Source of the DNA: an uncultured Porphyromonadaceae bacterium
GTDB lineage: Bacteria > Bacteroidota > Bacteroidia > Bacteroidales > Muribaculaceae
Direction: 5' to 3'
DNA length: 64,000 nt
Assembly (NCBI GenBank): GCA_947427285.1
Contig: CANEHE010000005.1
Span: 26,156-90,155, forward strand
Positions 58,740-64,000 of the stretch are shown piece by piece. The notes under the pieces were generated by a model. The model ran no database searches, was not told the origin of the DNA, and saw nothing but the letters and a program-made list of their open reading frames with translations. How positions within the stretch are numbered: position 1 is the first letter of the stretch; each line of letters opens with the position of its first letter. The position numbers and the translations under genes are program-made.

Positions 58740-59609
58740 ATGCGGAATCTCTATCCCGGTCTCACATTTCTAACTGTTGTTGCGATCCTTATATCGGTAT
58801 TGCTGACGGGATGTGCGCCAAAACACGACCAAAATTCCGACTCACCAACGACGGAATACTCGGTAAGTTATCCATTGCAAGGGGTGCTGCTGTCACGTAT
58901 AGCCGGAGATTCCGTCAATGTGACAGTCCTTATTCCACCCGGCGTAGACCCGGAACATTATGAACCATCTATTCAGACACTGCGATCGCTTGAGAACAGC
59001 CGCGCATATTTTACAATGGGCACCCCCGGCTTTGAGGAAGCAATACTCAGAAAAACATCGGAAACACTGGAGAAAGTCGACTGCTCCTCTGCTATACGCC
59101 ACATATCAGGTACGCACGGCGATGGAGAGACAGACCCCCATCTATGGAACTCGGTACGCAACGCTATGTCAATCGCATACTCAATGCGAGACTGGCTCAT
59201 ATGTTCCGATCCTAAACATGCCGGAGGATATAACAGCCGCTACTCAGAAGTTGTGGATCATCTGACTGCCATTGATGACTCTATTGCCTCGATACTCGCG
59301 ACATCCAGAGGCAAAACTTTTGTGGTGATGCATCCCTCTCTAAGTTATTTCGCACGCGATTATGGTCTCCGACAGATTGCAATGGAGACCGAGGGAAAAG
59401 AAGCCTCTCCCAAACAATTAGCCGACAGAATGGATGAGGCACGCCGAAGCGGTGCCGTAATAATGGTGCTTGATGCCGCAAACCCCTCCGGGCAGGCTCA
59501 GACCATAGCCAGACAACTCGGATTAAAAACAATCACAGTGCCCCTCAATGGCGAAGACTGGGAGAAAAATCTGCTGACCATAGCAAAGGCCATAGCCGAT
59601 GGAAAATAA
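58740..59609 (+). CDS. Zn/Mn ABC transporter substrate-binding lipoprotein (ZnuA-like)
   Basis: Lipobox LTGC, DPEHYEP, DPHLW, HPSLSYFARDYGL. Confidence 0.9.
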   Translation: MRNLYPGLTFLTVVAILISVLLTGCAPKHDQNSDSPTTEYSVSYPLQGVLLSRIAGDSVNVTVLIPPGVDPEHYEPSIQTLRSLENSRAYFTMGTPGFEEAILRKTSETLEKVDCSSAIRHISGTHGDGETDPHLWNSVRNAMSIAYSMRDWLICSDPKHAGGYNSRYSEVVDHLTAIDDSIASILATSRGKTFVVMHPSLSYFARDYGLRQIAMETEGKEASPKQLADRMDEARRSGAVIMVLDAANPSGQAQTIARQLGLKTITVPLNGEDWEKNLLTIAKAIADGK

Positions 59610-60312
59610 AACCACACCTTTAATAAAGTTGTCAGATATAACGGTATCGTTCGATCGCAAAGAGATCCTCCACGACGTCAACCTCGTCGTAAACCGTGAA
59701 GATTTCATGGCCATAACCGGCCCAAACGGAGGTGGGAAGACAACTCTTCTGCGTATAATGCTACGTTTGCTCAAGCCGTCATACGGGCAAGTGGAGTATT
59801 TCGACTCCGAGGGCCTACGGATCAAACGTTTACATATCGGATATCTTCCACAAAAGAGTATGATTGACACCCGTTTTCCGATCAATGTAGGCGAAGTGGT
59901 CAGATCCGGTCTTCTCCATGGATTCAAAGGACGGGGAAATTCAGTCACAGACCGCAAGAGATTTGACCACATCGTGGAACTCACCTCCATCGGAGAACTT
60001 CTTCAGCGACCTATATCCGACCTCTCCGGGGGACAACTTCAACGCACGCTACTTGCCAGAGCCATTGTGTCAAATCCCGAAGTACTTGTACTCGACGAGC
60101 CTTTGTCGTATGTTGACAAACGGTTTGAACATCAGATATATCACATAATGGAAGGCCTCCGACAGTATATGACTATAATCCTTGTCAGCCATGAGATGTC
60201 TGTCATATCAGGAATGGCAAACCGGCATATAATAGTAGACAGTACCGTCCGCGAATGCAAGGCTCTCCACCATTACGTGCCGGGCGAATGCGACAATTAT
60301 GACCTCGGATAA
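59599..60312 (+). CDS. Metal ABC transporter ATP-binding protein (ZnuC-like)
   Basis: GPNGGGKTT, GYLPQK, LSGGQLQR, LDEP, VSHE. Confidence 0.92.
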   Translation: MENKTTPLIKLSDITVSFDRKEILHDVNLVVNREDFMAITGPNGGGKTTLLRIMLRLLKPSYGQVEYFDSEGLRIKRLHIGYLPQKSMIDTRFPINVGEVVRSGLLHGFKGRGNSVTDRKRFDHIVELTSIGELLQRPISDLSGGQLQRTLLARAIVSNPEVLVLDEPLSYVDKRFEHQIYHIMEGLRQYMTIILVSHEMSVISGMANRHIIVDSTVRECKALHHYVPGECDNYDLG

Positions 60313-60327
60313 TTACATTCTATACAG

Positions 60328-61557
60328 ATGGTGCTCAACTGGATATGGATAGGATTCTTCGTGGTGGCATTTCTCACCGCGGCAGGGAAGACATTATTGA
60401 CCGGAGATCTTGATGTATGGTCGGCCATAATGAACAGTTCTTTTGATCAGGCGGCCTTTGCCTTTGAGATATCTTTGGGACTCACCGGAGTTCTTACCCT
60501 ATGGATGGGTATCATGAAAATCGGCGAACGGGGAGGTGTAATTGAATTTTTCGGTCGTCTCATATCTCCTTTCTTCTCTCGTCTGTTCCCAGCCATCCCT
60601 AAAGGACATCCGGCTATGGGAGCCATTTTCATGAACATATCGGCCAACATGCTGGGGCTTGACAATGCGGCTACTCCGATGGGATTGCGCGCCATGCAGG
60701 AGATGCAGACACTCAATCCAAAGAAAGACACTGCCTCAGACGCCATGATAATGTTTCTTGTGCTCAACAGTTCCGGCCTATGCCTTATCCCTATCAGCAT
60801 AATGATGTATCGTGCACAGGGAGGAGCATCGAATCCCACGGATATTTTCATCCCCATACTTATTGCGACTGCAATCGCCACTCTCACAGGACTGATCGCA
60901 CTCTGTCTGAAACAACGCATACGCATGGATGCGGTGTTATGGAGCTGGCTGGGAGGGATAGCATTGGCAGTAGCCGGGATCACCTGGTTCTTCTCCTCGC
61001 TCCCGCCAGATAAAGTGCAAATCTACTCCACGTTTGGAGCCAATGTGATTCTATTCACAGTGATAATCGGATTTATAGTATCCGGTATCAGGAAACATAT
61101 CAATGTATATGACACCTTTATAGAAGGAGCAAAAGATGGCTTCAAGACAGCTGTGACTATCATACCCTATCTGGTAGCGATTCTGGTAGCGATCGGAATG
61201 TTTCGCGCCTCCGGTGCTCTGGACGCATTCACAGACGGGGTGGAAGCATTAGTAAGACTGATCGGCTTCGACACTGAATGGGTAGGTGCTCTGCCCACCA
61301 TGATGATAAAACCGTTGAGCGGATCCGGATCATGTGCCATGATGCTTGATGTAATGAAAGCCAACGGTCCGGACGCGTTTGTCAGCAAAGTCGCAGCCGC
61401 CGTACGGGGCTCGACAGACACCACCTTTTATATTCTCGCCGTCTATTTCGGTTCCGTCGGTGTCATGAAGACAAGGTATGCCGCCGGGTATGCATTGCTG
61501 GCAGACATAACGGGAGCGATCGCAGCGGTAGTCGTCAGCTACTTCTTCTTCGGATAA
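60328..61557 (+). CDS. SpmA/SpmB fusion membrane protein (nucleoside-recognition Gate domains)
   Basis: ANMLGLDNAATPMGL, KPLSGSG, STDTTFYILAVYFG. Confidence 0.88.
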   Translation: MVLNWIWIGFFVVAFLTAAGKTLLTGDLDVWSAIMNSSFDQAAFAFEISLGLTGVLTLWMGIMKIGERGGVIEFFGRLISPFFSRLFPAIPKGHPAMGAIFMNISANMLGLDNAATPMGLRAMQEMQTLNPKKDTASDAMIMFLVLNSSGLCLIPISIMMYRAQGGASNPTDIFIPILIATAIATLTGLIALCLKQRIRMDAVLWSWLGGIALAVAGITWFFSSLPPDKVQIYSTFGANVILFTVIIGFIVSGIRKHINVYDTFIEGAKDGFKTAVTIIPYLVAILVAIGMFRASGALDAFTDGVEALVRLIGFDTEWVGALPTMMIKPLSGSGSCAMMLDVMKANGPDAFVSKVAAAVRGSTDTTFYILAVYFGSVGVMKTRYAAGYALLADITGAIAAVVVSYFFFG

Positions 61558-61585
61558 TTAGACTCTGTTTAAAATCACTGTTAAA
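61558..61585. mobile_element. Degenerate solo MITE end
   Basis: TTA+GACTCTGTTTAAAATCACTGTTAAA resembles the TIR consensus; lies between convergent stops. Confidence 0.45.
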
Positions 61586-61592
61586 CAAGATC

Positions 61593-62531
61593 TTAACCAG
61601 ATTCCTTCCCGAAACCGATTATCCGTTCCACGAGATCATCATAAGAAAGATCATCTGCCGTAAGCCAATGTATGGACGCATCCCGACGAAGCCATGTGAG
61701 CTGCTTTTTCGCATATACTCTGGTGTTTTTCGCCATACGAGTCAAAGCCTCCTCCAACGTCCATTCCCCGTCCAGATAACGGAGAATCTCTTTCACTCCT
61801 ACTGTGTTGAGTGAATTAAGATGACGCAGATGCGCAACAGACCGGATTTCCTCTACAAGTCCGGCATCAGCCATCTGATATACCCGCGAATTTATGCGGT
61901 CAAAGAGAACATCCCTGGGAAGATCTATGGCTACCTTCACTACCTTCCAGGGTAATGCGACATTTCCGGAAGCGCGTCCGGTCAACAGCGAACTGTAAGG
62001 ACGGCCTGCGGTAAGGGAAATCTCCACTGCGTGAAACACCCGTCGGATATTGGCCCGGTCTACCTTTGACCCATAATCAGGGTCAAGCATATCAAGCCTA
62101 TCCAACAGCCATGAATCCCCTTTCGCCTCATGCAACCGCGTCAAAGGAATCCTGACAGAAAGGGGGACCTCGGGCAATTCATCAATACCGTTGCACAATG
62201 CATCGACATACATCACCGAACCTCCGCAAACAACGGCATTTCCTGTGCGTCTCATCACATCGGAAATGATCCGTATCGCATCTTCACGAAATCTGGAGGC
62301 ACTATAATACCTATCAAGAGGAAGAGTTCCAACAAGATGATGGGGCACCTTTCCCATATCCTCCAGAGTAGGTGCGGCTGTCACCACAGGAAGTCCGCGG
62401 TATATCTGACGCGAATCGGCAGATATTATCTCCGACCCTATTCTGGAGGCCAGAGATACAGCAAGGGCCGACTTGCCCGAAGCTGTCGGCCCCGTTATGA
62501 CATATAGTATGCCAGATACTGTATCTGTCAA
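61593..62531 (-). CDS. miaA: tRNA dimethylallyltransferase
   Basis: GPTASGKS, ISADSRQIY, VCGGSVMY, TRVYAKKQLTW. Confidence 0.95.
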   Translation of the reverse strand: MTDTVSGILYVITGPTASGKSALAVSLASRIGSEIISADSRQIYRGLPVVTAAPTLEDMGKVPHHLVGTLPLDRYYSASRFREDAIRIISDVMRRTGNAVVCGGSVMYVDALCNGIDELPEVPLSVRIPLTRLHEAKGDSWLLDRLDMLDPDYGSKVDRANIRRVFHAVEISLTAGRPYSSLLTGRASGNVALPWKVVKVAIDLPRDVLFDRINSRVYQMADAGLVEEIRSVAHLRHLNSLNTVGVKEILRYLDGEWTLEEALTRMAKNTRVYAKKQLTWLRRDASIHWLTADDLSYDDLVERIIGFGKESG

Positions 62532-62559
62532 ATAGATCTTATTTCAAATACCGGAAGGC

Positions 62560-63777
62560 TCACTGGGCCACAAGCCGGCAGATATTGACTATTACCTCGG
62601 TAGCCTTTTCCATCGATGGCACAGGCACAAACTCGTAACGGCCATGGAAATTCAGACCACCTGCAAAAATATTAGGACACGGGAGTCCCTTGAAAGAAAG
62701 CTGCGCACCATCGGTACCCCCTCGGATGGGAACAACCTTAGGCTGCACACCGGCCTCACGCATCGCCTCCTCGGCATAACGGATGATATGCATCACTGGT
62801 TCTATTTTCTCCCGCATGTTATAATATTGATCTCCCATCTCAAGAGATGTAGAACCCGGATATTCGGTATTTGTCTTTCTGACCAGATGCTCAATCTCCC
62901 GCTTGCGGCTCTCAAAACGTTCACGGTCATGGTCGCGGATTATATAGGTCAGTACAGTCTGCTCCACACTTCCTTGAATGCCAACCAGATGATAGAACCC
63001 TTCGTAGCCTTCGGTGTGTTCCGGAGTCTCCCAACGGGGAAGCATCTCAATGAAGTTAGCAGCCACCCTGATGGAATTTACCATCTTATGCTTTGCGGAA
63101 CCGGGATGGACATTCCGTCCTTTTATCGTGACCTTGGCAAAAGCGGCATTGAAATTCTCATATTCAAGTTCGCCGATCTCACCGCCATCCATAGTGTAGG
63201 CAAAATCACATCCAAACCGTTCCACATCAAATTTATGCGCCCCCTTTCCGATCTCCTCGTCGGGGTTAAAGGCAATACGGATCTTGCCATGTTTGATTTC
63301 CGGATGGGCCTGAAGATATGCCATGGCGGTAACAATCTCAGCTATTCCTGCCTTGTCATCGGCCCCGAGAAGAGTTGTGCCGTCAGTCACTATCAATTCC
63401 TGACCCACATAATCAAGCAACTCAGGAAAATCTGTAGGGCTGAGTACTATCTCCTGTTCCTTGTTGAGGATGATATCATTTCCGTCATACTCCTTCACTA
63501 TGCGAGGACGCACATGTTTTCCACTCATTTCAGGAGCAGTGTCGACATGAGCGATAAAACCGATCACAGGGACCTCCTTGTCGGTATTGGCCGGAAGAGA
63601 GGCCATGAGATATCCGTTGTCGTCAAGCGAAATATCCTCAAGACCCATTTTCTCCAATTCATCCCTGAGATGCTTCACAAATACCATCTGTCCGGGAGTG
63701 GAGGGGGTCATGTTTGTTTCCTCATCGCTCTGGGTATCGTAGCTGATATAGTCTAAAAAACGTTCTACGAGTGTCAT
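62560..63777 (-). CDS. pepT: Peptidase T (tripeptide aminopeptidase)
   Basis: [34 protein letters not shown]. Confidence 0.96.
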   Translation of the reverse strand: MTLVERFLDYISYDTQSDEETNMTPSTPGQMVFVKHLRDELEKMGLEDISLDDNGYLMASLPANTDKEVPVIGFIAHVDTAPEMSGKHVRPRIVKEYDGNDIILNKEQEIVLSPTDFPELLDYVGQELIVTDGTTLLGADDKAGIAEIVTAMAYLQAHPEIKHGKIRIAFNPDEEIGKGAHKFDVERFGCDFAYTMDGGEIGELEYENFNAAFAKVTIKGRNVHPGSAKHKMVNSIRVAANFIEMLPRWETPEHTEGYEGFYHLVGIQGSVEQTVLTYIIRDHDRERFESRKREIEHLVRKTNTEYPGSTSLEMGDQYYNMREKIEPVMHIIRYAEEAMREAGVQPKVVPIRGGTDGAQLSFKGLPCPNIFAGGLNFHGRYEFVPVPSMEKATEVIVNICRLVAQ

Positions 63778-63820
63778 TTCTATTTTTGTAAGTCGTTTCG
63801 TTTATAGTTCAGTTTCAAAA

Positions 63821-64000
63821 TCAGAGACTATCAACAGGATTTCCCTCCGAATTCTCCTTAAGATTCCGGAGACGCTCCATTATGCGGGCCTGCTGCTGCT
63901 CCAGTTCCTCTATCTCACGTGCTTTCTGATTTGCCCGAAACACACTGACACCGTCGCGCAAAGCCGCCAATTCGGTATCGATGGTGCGCAGTTCCTGTTC
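63821..64000 (-). CDS. 3' end of a coiled-coil protein (partial, runs off window)
   Basis: Open 59-codon frame EQELRTID...PVDSL* with heptad pattern. Confidence 0.6.
   Translation of the reverse strand, partial: EQELRTIDTELAALRDGVSVFRANQKAREIEELEQQQARIMERLRNLKENSEGNPVDSL

Noticed and set aside
62644-63756. 370-aa plus-strand ORF
   Set aside because: Antisense shadow of pepT with non-protein-like composition.
1-64000. CRISPR array, rRNA, transposase, integrase or prophage structural genes
   Set aside because: No regularly spaced direct repeats or such motifs seen anywhere in the window.

Overview
This is a mostly housekeeping chromosomal region of a Bacteroidales bacterium (TAnnTTTG sigma-A promoters throughout; Muribaculaceae-like by gene style, which is an inference). 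It holds glyQS, tRNA-Leu(TAG), a queF-queC-queD-queE-relA run, aspS, ettA, aroC, rho, an alpha-2-macroglobulin, an OPT transporter, tilS, a CI/LexA-like repressor, reverse rubrerythrin, an smr(gdx)-nim pair, def, the rseC-rnfBCDGEA operon, a Trp-attenuated but damaged stand-alone trpB, trpS, a metal ABC SBP/ATPase pair, miaA and pepT. I found no CRISPR array, integrase, transposase or prophage. The most striking signal is a non-autonomous MITE family (GAGGCTGT...ACAGCCTC ends, TAA target duplication) with two full copies and several solo ends. One 312-bp copy sits inside codons 5-6 of relA. The native start (MEDKL) now feeds a 30-aa uORF, and RelA can be re-started in frame from an ATG inside the far inverted repeat. 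Other candidates are a switch-like leader on the queuosine operon, an orphan cobalamin riboswitch followed only by structured non-coding DNA, a ~170-nt rod-like leader on a small secreted protein gene, and an SRP-like hairpin upstream of aspS. All RNA structures were folded by eye and no database searches were run.
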